A stretch of 64,000 nucleotides of DNA from contig OZ241744.1 in NCBI GenBank assembly GCA_965200965.1, forward strand, positions 1,856,001 to 1,920,000, written 5' to 3'. This document shows positions 10,861 to 19,841 of the stretch, in pieces. Within the stretch, counting starts at the first letter, position 1. Each line of letters starts with the position of its first letter. The notes under the pieces were generated by a model. The model was given only the letters and a program-made list of their open reading frames with translations. It ran no database searches and was not told where the DNA came from. The position numbers and the translations under genes were made by a program. Origin of the DNA: an uncultured Candidatus Binatia bacterium. GTDB taxonomy: Bacteria; Desulfobacterota; Binatia; Bin18.

Positions 10861-11059
10861 TGTCGTACCCTCCTTTGTCAGACTACCGCCTGACCCTAGC
10901 ACAGGGCAGCGGGCGGAAGAAAGCGCTCGGATTCAGGCTAGCCGACGCATCAGATTTGAAGCAATCGTGCCGTCCGTTACGGCACCAGCCAGTATGCGGG
11001 GATTGGGCGCGCGGACGGCGACGAGATATTTGGGGCACGCTTGAAGCAAGGGGTGGTCT

Positions 11060-12442
11060 CTAGTGGTGAGGACGTGAGGGAAAAGGAAGTTCAGTATTGA
11101 ATGCGGAAGTCGCCCCCTTCGTTGTCGGAGTACGGGAGTCAGCAATAACAGCCTCGCTTCCTTTATAGATGTCGGTCAGATGATTGATAATTCTTTGCAA
11201 CCCGAAAGGCGGAATACTTTCCCCGATAATTTCCCGAATCGTTTTGTCGCTGACCCGTTTCTTATCCAGACGTTCCCACTGATAGGAATAGTGGTCAAGG
11301 GAGTGGATACGGAAGGCTTCATACAGAGACAGCACGCGATTTTGTTCAGGATGGAGTTTGTTGTCGCTGCACGCGTACGATAGATTACGCGTCAACGCAC
11401 TGGCGGGTTTATCATAGGGCATGCGCTTGTATGCGGAAGTATAGCCACGCATGAGCTCTCGCACTCCATTTCTTTCAACGCTCGGCCGGGGCAGCATTTC
11501 GCCGCATCGTCGGCAGTAGAGGGGCGTCGCACGCGAAGGTCTGTTAACACCGCTCGGGTCTCGCCGGGAGATATGCGTTGGGTTCTCGTCGAATTTGCAG
11601 GATACGCATTGATTATCGAACGCGCTCCGACCCGCGGGTATGTTTTCTATCCACCAATATTTCATGGCATCGAGTATGGGAACTCGATGGAATGGGATCT
11701 CAGATGTTGAGGAATCATTATTCTTGGCGTCAAGAGGAGGGAGATCGCCGATCGCATCTCGCACAGTCACCCACCGCCTCGTGCCCGGTTGCGCTTCAGG
11801 GGTATGGGTCGGACGGGGAAGAAAGGTTCGGCATTTCGCATACCATTCGACGAGGCGGGGATGGCGAGAAAAAACCGTAATAAGCCGTCGCCGGCACTGT
11901 GGAACTCCATAATTGGCAAATTCAACCACTTCGGCACCGCCTACATAGTCCGGGCCTATTTCCCTCCGGATAAAGTCCACTATCCTGACGGGTGTTTTGT
12001 GTTTATCCAGGATTACGGTGTTTTCCATCTCTGGAACATTTTCGAGAAGAATGATGTCCGGACGCAACCGAGAGGCCAATTCCATAGCAGGAACGACTAA
12101 GCGGTTACGCGCATCAAGCCCCGATTTTCCCCCCGCCCGAATAGCAGAGAGCAGCTTCCCACGACCGTTTTTCGACATACCTTGGCACGGAGGGGTAGCA
12201 TAAAGCAGTGTGAGGTCCTGTTTGTTCAATTGTTCACGGGTGGCGGTTTCTATTGCATCAATCTTCTTCCAGATGTCCCCTGTAATGGGGTGTGTGGCAG
12301 AGAAATTAAAAGAAAAAACAGCGTGCCTGTCTTCAAGAAGCTCGTTCGAGACCAGAATGTCGAAGCCCGCCTGACGCACGGCTAAGTCACCTATTCCACC
12401 GGAAGTGAACAGGCTCAGCGCTGTCAAAAGAGAATATGGCAT
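11060..12442 (-). CDS. DNA (cytosine-5) methyltransferase of a Type II RM system
   Basis: TPPCQG catalytic motif, LENV, YGVPQCRRR, HPEQNRVLS; variant motif I (LFTSGG) and motif X (IGESIPP). Confidence 0.9.
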   Translation of the reverse strand: MPYSLLTALSLFTSGGIGDLAVRQAGFDILVSNELLEDRHAVFSFNFSATHPITGDIWKKIDAIETATREQLNKQDLTLLYATPPCQGMSKNGRGKLLSAIRAGGKSGLDARNRLVVPAMELASRLRPDIILLENVPEMENTVILDKHKTPVRIVDFIRREIGPDYVGGAEVVEFANYGVPQCRRRLITVFSRHPRLVEWYAKCRTFLPRPTHTPEAQPGTRRWVTVRDAIGDLPPLDAKNNDSSTSEIPFHRVPILDAMKYWWIENIPAGRSAFDNQCVSCKFDENPTHISRRDPSGVNRPSRATPLYCRRCGEMLPRPSVERNGVRELMRGYTSAYKRMPYDKPASALTRNLSYACSDNKLHPEQNRVLSLYEAFRIHSLDHYSYQWERLDKKRVSDKTIREIIGESIPPFGLQRIINHLTDIYKGSEAVIADSRTPTTKGATSAFNTELPFPSRPHH

Positions 12443-12446
12443 AATG

Positions 12447-12478
12447 ATGTCTTTAGTCTACATTTAACGATTTGTCAA
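12447..12478 (-). promoter_or_regulatory. Putative methylase promoter (TTGACA-17bp-TAAAGA) overlapped by C-box-like site ATGTAGACTAAAGACAT
   Basis: Perfect -35 at 12478-12473 (minus strand), weak -10 ending 7 nt before the ATG, no RBS; half-site resembles operators at 13489-13536. Confidence 0.55.
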
Positions 12479-12481
12479 TAC

Positions 12482-13483
12482 CTAGGATTTTGGCGATGAG
12501 ATGCTCCGATCATTATTGCGTTTGTTCAGAAATTCCCGATATCCTCCCCGAGACAATACACATAACCATCCGGTATACATTTTCTTGATCCCTCTCTTGC
12601 TCATAATTGACACGCTTGTGGTGCGTCCGCCCCCTGGTTTGGGGGCTACGATCCTTCCCCAATCTTCTTCTTTCAATTGATCGCAATAGAACATGGCCGC
12701 AATACGGGGACGTTTGTCGATAAAATCCCAGAGAATCCCAAGGAGGTTATTGGTTTCTCGATGATGGGCTTTCCAATCATAGCCAGTCATGCACCGAATC
12801 CGTGTGTCACCAACATCAGGACGGAGGAGACCCTTCCGACGGCATTGCTGGGGACTTGGAACTGACCCGCAGGTCGCTTTCACTTCAATACCTCCCCCAC
12901 TGAAGGGACTGAAGGGGCCTTTATCGTTTCTTTGTCCCTCCAGGCGGTCCCATTCAGCTTGTCCGACGCTGTCCATGAGAAGCAGATCGGGGTACCCGTC
13001 TTGATGAGGGTTTCGTTGAAAACAACCGTCTCTTTTTCCGGCAATGGCGCTGATAGTCAGCTCTCCGATAAAGGCGCTAAGATTACGGAGCCCAAGAATG
13101 GCGGCAATGTCCACATCATTTTCATAGACATTATCAATCATGTCATGCGTTCTGTTAACCGCCGAGGTGAGAAAGGTTGTCGGAATATACTGCCGTTCTC
13201 CTAAGCGAGAGATTGGGATATCAGCTTGATTTTGGACAAGGTAACTTTCAGGAAAGCGGGGACCACGAAGATTGCGCGGTTCTTGAAGGAGTTGTTGCGC
13301 CTCGATATCAAGACAGGAGGCCAACCTCTCCAAGGTGGTCAGCGTTGGGCTCTTGAGGCCGCGTTCCAGTTGACTGATGTATGTCCGGTCCAGTTCGGCA
13401 AGTTCGGCGAGTTCCTCCTGACTTATGCCGGCCCGTTGTCGGGTGTGTCTGAGCGCGATGGAAAAAGTGCAGGTCAGTGTCAT
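12482..13483 (-). CDS. XRE/controller HTH fused to putative PD-(D/E)xK restriction endonuclease
   Basis: N-terminal ISQEELAELAELDRTYISQLERGLKSPTL (C-protein-like HTH); C-terminal GYPDLL...IEVKA; lies directly upstream of the C5-MTase. Confidence 0.75.
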   Translation of the reverse strand: MTLTCTFSIALRHTRQRAGISQEELAELAELDRTYISQLERGLKSPTLTTLERLASCLDIEAQQLLQEPRNLRGPRFPESYLVQNQADIPISRLGERQYIPTTFLTSAVNRTHDMIDNVYENDVDIAAILGLRNLSAFIGELTISAIAGKRDGCFQRNPHQDGYPDLLLMDSVGQAEWDRLEGQRNDKGPFSPFSGGGIEVKATCGSVPSPQQCRRKGLLRPDVGDTRIRCMTGYDWKAHHRETNNLLGILWDFIDKRPRIAAMFYCDQLKEEDWGRIVAPKPGGGRTTSVSIMSKRGIKKMYTGWLCVLSRGGYREFLNKRNNDRSISSPKS

Positions 13484-13488
13484 GGACC

Positions 13489-13536
13489 GTAGACTAGGGT
13501 CCACAAATAACGCCATCTACGGACAATAGTCCACAT
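13489..13536 (-). promoter_or_regulatory. Pair of C-box-like inverted repeats upstream of the controller-endonuclease gene
   Basis: Minus strand ATGTGGACTATTGTCCGT ... TGTGGACCCTAGTCTAC ending 5 nt before ATG 13483; GAC-N4-GTC dyads. Confidence 0.65.
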
Positions 13537-13586
13537 CGAGGAAGGTTCTCGTTATCCCTTTTGACAGCCCGGACCACAGCCGTTAG

Positions 13587-14462
13587 ATGAAGGACATGAC
13601 ACACGCGCCTACAACAGCTGAGCACCCCCCGATCCCGCCCGTCCCGCTCACCCTTGACGGGTCGGCCATCCTGCACCAGATGTTCCACATCCGCTGGGCT
13701 GCCTGGAAAGCCCTGCCGGCCGCCGAGCGGCGGGGGATGGCCGAAGACGCCGCCGGCGTGTTGACCGAGATGGAGCGCTCGGACACCAGCGCCGTGTTCT
13801 CGCAGCTTGGTCACAAAGGCGATCTGATGCTGGTGCATTTCCGGCCCGGCTTTGACGAGCTGAGCGCGGTCGAGTTGCGCCTCGCCCAGCTCCGGCTGCT
13901 GGAGTTTCTTGAGCCGAGCGCTTCGTATGTGTCAACGGTTGAGTTGGGCTTGTACGAGGCTTCGGTGCGGCTGTATACAGCGCTGCGCGAGCAAGGGCTT
14001 CAGCCGGATACGCCGGAGTGGGACGATGCTGTACAGGCCGAGCTCGAACGCCAACGGCAGGCCCTGGCCGCTCGTCTGGCACCCGCTATCCCGGCCCGTC
14101 GCTATCTGTGCTTTTACCCGATGGATAAAAAACGGGCTGAGGTCCACAACTGGTACCAGGTACCGATTGCCGAGCGACAACACATGATGCGTGACCACGG
14201 CCGGGTTGGCCGACGCTACGCCGGTCGGGTCAATCAGATCATTTCCGGCTCGGTCGGCTTTGACGACTGGGAGTGGGGCGTGGACCTGTTTGCCGATGAC
14301 CCGCTGGTCTTCAAGCGGCTGGTGTATGAAATGCGCTTTGATGAGGCCAGCGCGGTCTACGGTCTGTTCGGGACCTTTTATCTGGGCCGGCGTATTGCGG
14401 CCGCCGACATCGGCGGCCTGCTCAGCGGCCGGCTCCCGGCCTTCCGCCCGGACACGCCCTGA
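13587..14462 (+). CDS. hemQ: Coproheme decarboxylase (HemQ/ChdC)
   Basis: LGHKGDLMLVHFR, YVSTVEL, FYPMDKKR..NWY, HG..GRRYAG, GFDDWEWGVDLF, YEMRFDEASA. Confidence 0.88.
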   Translation: MKDMTHAPTTAEHPPIPPVPLTLDGSAILHQMFHIRWAAWKALPAAERRGMAEDAAGVLTEMERSDTSAVFSQLGHKGDLMLVHFRPGFDELSAVELRLAQLRLLEFLEPSASYVSTVELGLYEASVRLYTALREQGLQPDTPEWDDAVQAELERQRQALAARLAPAIPARRYLCFYPMDKKRAEVHNWYQVPIAERQHMMRDHGRVGRRYAGRVNQIISGSVGFDDWEWGVDLFADDPLVFKRLVYEMRFDEASAVYGLFGTFYLGRRIAAADIGGLLSGRLPAFRPDTP

Positions 14463-14500
14463 TCTTTTCTTTTTGCGCTCCCTCGTTACACTAGTCGGTC

Positions 14501-15631
14501 ATGGCAAGGACAAGGGATGTCGTCGTTATCGGCGGAGGAGTCATCGGCGTCTCGGTGGCCTATCACCTGGCGGGCCACAACATCCGCGTCTGCCTAGTGG
14601 ACAAGCAACAGCCCGGACAAGAAGCGTCGGCAGCTGCAGCCGGGATACTGGCCGCGACCAGCGGCGGGTCCAAAACCGGGCCGATGTATCAACTCAAAAG
14701 CGCCAGCCAAGCCCTCTATCCGGCCATTATTCGTGAGTTGGAAGAACGGACCGGGATCGATATTGAGTACCAGACCCCCGGTCTGCTCGAGATTCTGCTG
14801 ACTGAAGCGGACGAGCAGCGCTACCGACGCATGTACGAACTCCGCCGTGAACAGGGCCACGCCGTGAGCTGGCTGTCGGCCCAAGCAGTACGCCGCCGCG
14901 AGCCGGGCCTCACGCCGGCCCTGCGGGCGGCCGTCCATTTTGCCGCCGACCACCACCTGCACAACGGCAAGCTGGCCCAAGCCTGGACCCAAGCCGCCCG
15001 GCAACGCGGCGTCAGCCTCCAGACTGGGACAACGGTCAACGAGGTGCGCATCCGCAACGGACGGGTCGGTGAGATTCGGGTCGGGAACGACTGGCTGAGT
15101 GCCGATACCGTTGTGCTCGCAGCCGGAGCGTGGTCCGGCCATGTCGGCGATCTGTTTGGTCTGAGGATTCCGGTCCGGCCAGCCAAGGGGCAGATGCTGG
15201 CCCTACGCACAGACCAACTCCGCCATGTCATTTCGAGCGGCGACCGCTACTTGGTGCCGCGCAAGAACGGAGAGCTCATTCTTGGCTCTACGGTTGAATT
15301 CAACGGCTACGGCAAAGACGTGACGGTCGAAGCAATGCGGAACTTGGCTGAGTGGGCCGTCCGTATGGTGCCGGGCATCGGCCAAGCCCCGCTCAGCCGC
15401 TTCTGGGCCGGCCTCCGCCCCTACTCTCCGACCCGGCGGCCGATATTGGGCCGGGTACCCGGCCTAGACAATGTTGTCCTGGCCACCGGCCACCATCGCA
15501 ACGGTATTCTCCTGGCCCCGATTAGCGGTCAACTCATCAGCGAACTGATTACGACAGGCAGGACCAGCCTGTCGCTTGAGCCGTTCGGCCTGTCGCCCGA
15601 GCCTCAAGCATCGTTGGAAGAGCTCGGCTGA
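14501..15631 (+). CDS. thiO: Glycine oxidase / FAD-dependent D-amino acid oxidase family
   Basis: VIGGGVIG, ASAAAAGIL, PAKGQ, WAGLRP, GHHRNGILLAP. Confidence 0.8.
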   Translation: MARTRDVVVIGGGVIGVSVAYHLAGHNIRVCLVDKQQPGQEASAAAAGILAATSGGSKTGPMYQLKSASQALYPAIIRELEERTGIDIEYQTPGLLEILLTEADEQRYRRMYELRREQGHAVSWLSAQAVRRREPGLTPALRAAVHFAADHHLHNGKLAQAWTQAARQRGVSLQTGTTVNEVRIRNGRVGEIRVGNDWLSADTVVLAAGAWSGHVGDLFGLRIPVRPAKGQMLALRTDQLRHVISSGDRYLVPRKNGELILGSTVEFNGYGKDVTVEAMRNLAEWAVRMVPGIGQAPLSRFWAGLRPYSPTRRPILGRVPGLDNVVLATGHHRNGILLAPISGQLISELITTGRTSLSLEPFGLSPEPQASLEELG

Positions 15632-15735
15632 GAGGCAAAAGGCGGGCAGAGATTGCGGCTCGCTCAGGGGTATGCCATAATTCGGATGCCAAAACCGAAT
15701 ATGGCATCTTTGCATACTTCTAAGGAGGGAAATGT

Positions 15736-15939
15736 ATGGCAGATGTGACGATTCGTGTGCTGAAAAACGGCCCCTATGAGGTGCGTGGCGGCCCAAAACT
15801 CACCGACCAGAGGCGAAGTGAGTACACCGGCCAGGAAGACCCGCTATATCTGTGTCGCTGCGGCCAGTCCGCCACTAAACCGTTCTGTGACGGCACGCAC
15901 CAGACATGCGGATTTGTGGCCGAAGAGACCGCAGGCTAA
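15736..15939 (+). CDS. CDGSH-type iron-sulfur domain protein
   Basis: NGPY, LCRCGQSATKPFCDGTH; strong RBS aaggaggg. Confidence 0.92.
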   Translation: MADVTIRVLKNGPYEVRGGPKLTDQRRSEYTGQEDPLYLCRCGQSATKPFCDGTHQTCGFVAEETAG

Positions 15940-15945
15940 GCCCTG

Positions 15946-16560
15946 TCAGTCGTGCAGACCAACCGGCCCGGAGCCCTTCTCCGGGCCGGTTTCGTTTTGA
16001 GGCCCGATGTGTGGCTGGCTCAGGATGTGTACGGCCCGGACCCCCGCCCCGTAGCGATACACCAACTCCCCTCCCCAGTGGCTCTGAACAACAAGCCCGC
16101 CGAGTCCAAGCCCGCTCAGCATCACAAAAAACAGCGGGAGACGCCCGTCAATCTGAGCCCGAATCACCGCCAGAACAAGAAAAAACCCGAACAGACCATA
16201 GCCAAGGTACTCGTGATAGATGAGCAGATGTTCAATCTGGGCATCAAAAACGCTGTCCGGCTGGGGGAGTTGCTGTTCGATCCATCCGCTCAGCACGGCT
16301 AGGCCCATAGCCCCGACCCCGGCAAAGAAACTCGGGCGGCCGAGCCCTTGCCAGCCGGGCCGGCGGCCCAGACTGCCGGCGCAGTCCAGTACACAGCCAC
16401 AGACCGTCAGGGTCACTGCAAAATGGACAAAAACCGGATGCAGGGTCAGCACCAGCCCGGCCTCCAGCGGCGGTACCGGAGCCCCATCCTGGGCCAAAGC
16501 CCCCGCGCCCAGCCCCCACGCCAAGCCGGCCACCACCCCGCCCAGCACCCGTTTTGACAT
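15946..16560 (-). CDS. DUF2231-like membrane protein
   Basis: LHPVFVHF, HE..G, HWGGELVYRYGAGV; several hydrophobic segments. Confidence 0.75.
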   Translation of the reverse strand: MSKRVLGGVVAGLAWGLGAGALAQDGAPVPPLEAGLVLTLHPVFVHFAVTLTVCGCVLDCAGSLGRRPGWQGLGRPSFFAGVGAMGLAVLSGWIEQQLPQPDSVFDAQIEHLLIYHEYLGYGLFGFFLVLAVIRAQIDGRLPLFFVMLSGLGLGGLVVQSHWGGELVYRYGAGVRAVHILSQPHIGPQNETGPEKGSGPVGLHD

Positions 16561-16621
16561 GTCCCCCGCCTCCTTATGCTCCGCCCATCGCTATGCTACA
16601 ACAGCAGGACGGGAGACAACG

Positions 16622-17014
16622 GTGACGTATCAGGACGATGACGGGCACAGGCTTTACACCGGGGGGCGGGTCGTCGCTCAACTGGGCGAAATCAAACCCG
16701 GCTGCACCAAGAAGTTCATCCGCACGCTGAACGGACGGGAAACCGAGTGCTTCATCGTGAACTACAGGGGGGAGCTGTTTGCCTACGTCAATAGCTGTCG
16801 CCATGTCCCGATGACGATGGATTGGGTTGAAAACCAGTTCCTGAACGAAGACGGCCGCTACATCCTGTGCGCCACCCACGGCGCGGCCTATGAGCCGGAT
16901 ACCGGCGAGTGCATTTTTGGTCCGCCGTGCGGACAGTTCTTGACCAAAGTGCCGCTCACCATTGAGGGCGAGCAGGTCATTGCCGGCCAGCCGACCGAGG
17001 AGCCGGGCGACTAG
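16622..17014 (+). CDS. Rieske [2Fe-2S] ferredoxin
   Basis: YVNSCRH and CATHGAAY Rieske motifs, GECIFGPP; GTG start after gggag. Confidence 0.88.
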   Translation: MTYQDDDGHRLYTGGRVVAQLGEIKPGCTKKFIRTLNGRETECFIVNYRGELFAYVNSCRHVPMTMDWVENQFLNEDGRYILCATHGAAYEPDTGECIFGPPCGQFLTKVPLTIEGEQVIAGQPTEEPGD

Positions 17015-17041
17015 GCGGTTCAACCGCCGTCGCCCCTCTTC

Positions 17042-17302
17042 TCATTCTTCACTCAGGTGGGCGCGGGTAAGACGCTGTTTCAAATACTCCAGCGCGCCGA
17101 GGTCCTCAATAACATCTCCACCGGTATCGTAGAAAAAAATCTCGCCTTTTTTATTACGACCAACCGCGACGAGCCACTCCAGTTCACCGCGGTCTTCAAG
17201 CAGATAATTGATCGTCTGGAAGATGCCTTTGCCGGGCATCAGGGTGACTTTCGGTCGCTTCGGGCTTTCCTGGTTTGGGCTCTTCTGGGTCGTCGTTGAC
17301 AT
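17042..17302 (-). CDS. Hypothetical protein (86 aa)
   Basis: GGAGG RBS before ATG 17302; protein-like composition. Confidence 0.6.
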   Translation of the reverse strand: MSTTTQKSPNQESPKRPKVTLMPGKGIFQTINYLLEDRGELEWLVAVGRNKKGEIFFYDTGGDVIEDLGALEYLKQRLTRAHLSEE

Positions 17303-17388
17303 GACACGCCTCCAACTACGCAGCCTGGCCGCTGCGTCCTCTGCCACAACTCATCGCCGGAGTCAGGCAGCATAGGGAGTGGGTATCT

Positions 17389-17510
17389 TCAAGTCAAGAC
17401 AGCCAGGGCGACCGTCTCCACCTGACAGGTCTGGGGAAAAAGGTCAATCGGCTGGAGGGCGACAAGCCGGCCGATACCGGCCGGGCCGTAGGACAAGCAG
17501 TCAATGGTCA
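17389..17510 (-). pseudogene. rlmD: C-terminal remnant of 23S rRNA (uracil-5) methyltransferase RlmD/TrmA family
   Basis: ...LQPIDLFPQTCQVETVALAVLT* resembles the family terminus (PxDxFPxTxHxE); no upstream homologous ORF seen. Confidence 0.6.
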
Positions 17511-17628
17511 GGCGGTGAGACTGAGCAGACATGGGAAGCGCTTCAAAACCGCGGACATGTCCGAAACCTGAACCGTCCCACCCCAAATAGAAAGGGCGAC
17601 ACACCGCGGGGCGGCAGGACATTGCGTT

Positions 17629-17688
17629 GTGTCTCAGTTCCCCCTCCCCCCGTGAGGGGGAGGGCCAGTAGATTTCCATGTGAGACAC
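17629..17688. repeat. Small inverted-repeat element GTGTCTCA...TGAGACAC with internal CCCTCCCCC/GGGGGAGGG hairpin
   Basis: 8-bp terminal inverted repeats; internal hairpin also seen at 62418-62456. Confidence 0.6.
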
Positions 17689-17738
17689 TGCCGGACCTTG
17701 GCGTTCCTTCCGCACAGGCTTTATGCTACACCGCGGGC

Positions 17739-18161
17739 ATGGCCCAGCCCGAAAGTCTTCGTGTACGCCGCGCAAAACGGACCGATATCCCTGCCCTGCG
17801 GACACTCGCCAGCCCACGCGCGTCCGGGCCAATCAGCCGGGCCGAAACCCGCCGCTGGCGACGCCTGGCCGGCGATCCGACGCTTGACTTCTACGTCGCC
17901 GAACAGACCGGTACCGTTCAGGGCATATTGCTGGTGTGCTATGTGCGAACGCTCGGCTCGCCCGGCTGGCAGGGACTCCTCGACATGCTCGTCGGTCCGG
18001 CCGCGGACCAGGACATCGCCCGGGCCCTGCTCGACTTTGCCAAGGCCCGCGCCCGCAAACGGGGCTGTCGGCAGTTGTGGGGACACAGAGCAGACCGCGA
18101 GCTGCTGCTCCACAACGGATTTGCCACGGCAGACGACCTGTTATCCTGTCGCCTGGGCTGA
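17739..18161 (+). CDS. GNAT-family N-acetyltransferase-like protein
   Basis: VRRAKRTDIPAL, FYVAE, ARALLDFAKARARKRGC, GF near C-terminus. Confidence 0.65.
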   Translation: MAQPESLRVRRAKRTDIPALRTLASPRASGPISRAETRRWRRLAGDPTLDFYVAEQTGTVQGILLVCYVRTLGSPGWQGLLDMLVGPAADQDIARALLDFAKARARKRGCRQLWGHRADRELLLHNGFATADDLLSCRLG

Positions 18162-18237
18162 CCGGGTTTTGACACGCGCCTTTCTCACCCTTCCCTACTT
18201 GACCCCCTTCCCTGCCAAGCGCTATGAGGAGAGATGT

Positions 18238-18314
18238 CGGGGTGTGGCTCAGCCTGGTAGAGCACACGGTTCGGGACCGTGGGGCCGCTGGTTCAAATCC
18301 AGTCACCCCGACCA
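18238..18314 (+). tRNA. tRNA-Pro (anticodon CGG)
   Basis: CGGGGTG/CACCCCG acceptor stem, cacgg-ttCGGga-ccgtg anticodon arm, GGTTCAAATCC, encoded CCA. Confidence 0.97.
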
Positions 18315-18353
18315 CATTCTCTCTAGCCTTGATCTTCCTCTATCGGCTAATCC

Positions 18354-19004
18354 ATGCTGCAAGAGCTTGCCTGTTTCGCCTGTCTGCTGTCTGTGCTCGT
18401 CGCCTATGTGTGCGGCTCAATTCCCACCGGTGAACTCATCGGCCGCCGGCTCGGCATTGCGGTCCGCGCAAGCGGCAGCGGCAATATCGGCGCAACCAAT
18501 CTGGCCCGCACCGCGGGCAAGACAGCCGGCATCCTGACCCTGGTCGGAGATGCGGCCAAGGGCGTGATCCCGGTGCTGGCGGTCGGGCTGCTCGGCCTTG
18601 GCCAGACCGTTCAGGCGGCGACGGCGGTGGCGGTCGTTGTCGGCCACCTGTTCTCGATTTTCTTGGGGTTCTCAGGCGGAAAGGGAGTCGCCACCGGCCT
18701 TGGCGTCCTGCTCGGCTTGGCCCCCTTAGCGACCCTGGCGGTGCTAGCCGTGTTCATCCTCATCTTTGCCGCCAGCCGGATTGTTGCCGCGGCGTCCCTG
18801 GCCGCGGCAATAGCCGCGCCGGCCCTGCTGGCCGCTTTTGCCTATCCCAGGCCCTACCTGCTCGGCGTGTCGCTGATCGTCCTGCTCATCATCGCCCGCC
18901 ACCGCGACAACCTGAGGCGCTTGTGGCAGGGCCAGGAAGCTCCATTTCAGATCGGCCCCGGGGCGAAAGAAACAACGCGCAACAAGACCGGCTCTTGTGC
19001 CTAA
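18354..19004 (+). CDS. plsY: Glycerol-3-phosphate acyltransferase
   Basis: GSIPTG, GSGNIGATN, DAAKG, GHLFSIFLGFSGGKGVAT, RHRDNLRRL. Confidence 0.95.
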   Translation: MLQELACFACLLSVLVAYVCGSIPTGELIGRRLGIAVRASGSGNIGATNLARTAGKTAGILTLVGDAAKGVIPVLAVGLLGLGQTVQAATAVAVVVGHLFSIFLGFSGGKGVATGLGVLLGLAPLATLAVLAVFILIFAASRIVAAASLAAAIAAPALLAAFAYPRPYLLGVSLIVLLIIARHRDNLRRLWQGQEAPFQIGPGAKETTRNKTGSCA

Positions 19005-19138
19005 AAAAAGAGCGGCTGCCTGAGAAATAGGCAACTCCCCACCCCGACATCCCCAAGAAACCGCCCGTTTGTCGGCTGGGGTGTCCGGTATTCTTTTTGC
19101 TTCTCCAAATGCTTTACAAGCCGGCGGTTTTACACTAG

Positions 19139-19513
<375 letters not shown>

Positions 19514-19552
19514 TCTGACCGGCCCCACAAGACACAGGAGGAGACCAAACAT

Positions 19553-19771
19553 ATGACGCCCCAGGAGGCGGTTGTCCTGGCGAGCGAACTCGGCATACAC
19601 GACATCGCGGCATCCTGCGGCCACGCCTTGGCCCTGTGCGCCTTTGTCGCCCCCACCGCCAACTCCTACCACCGCCTGGTACCCGGCTTTGAAGCCCCGG
19701 TCAAGCCAGTCTACTCGTCCCGCAACCGTTCGGCCGCGGTCCGCATGCCGATCCCACCCCACAGCACTTGA
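19553..19771 (+). pseudogene. glnA: Glutamine synthetase remnant (N-terminus joined to a short internal fragment)
   Basis: AGGAGG RBS, MTPQEAV start, then [40 protein letters not shown]; only 72 aa; sits at the usual glnA position after glnB. Confidence 0.85.
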
Positions 19772-19841
19772 CAAAGCCGGGGAAGTCAGGCAGACAAGAG
19801 GGGGTTTTTACTCTGCCTGCGCCCCATAAGGAGAGCCTATC

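Noticed and set aside
9613-10893. Long antisense ORFs (also 4844-6100, 32944-34089, 35997-37328, 38785-39927)
   Set aside because: Shadow ORFs opposite well-supported genes in GC-rich DNA, with no recognisable motifs
18238-18314. tRNA-Pro or tRNA-Leu as island integration sites
   Set aside because: Flanked by housekeeping genes; no duplicated tRNA 3' end or integrase seen
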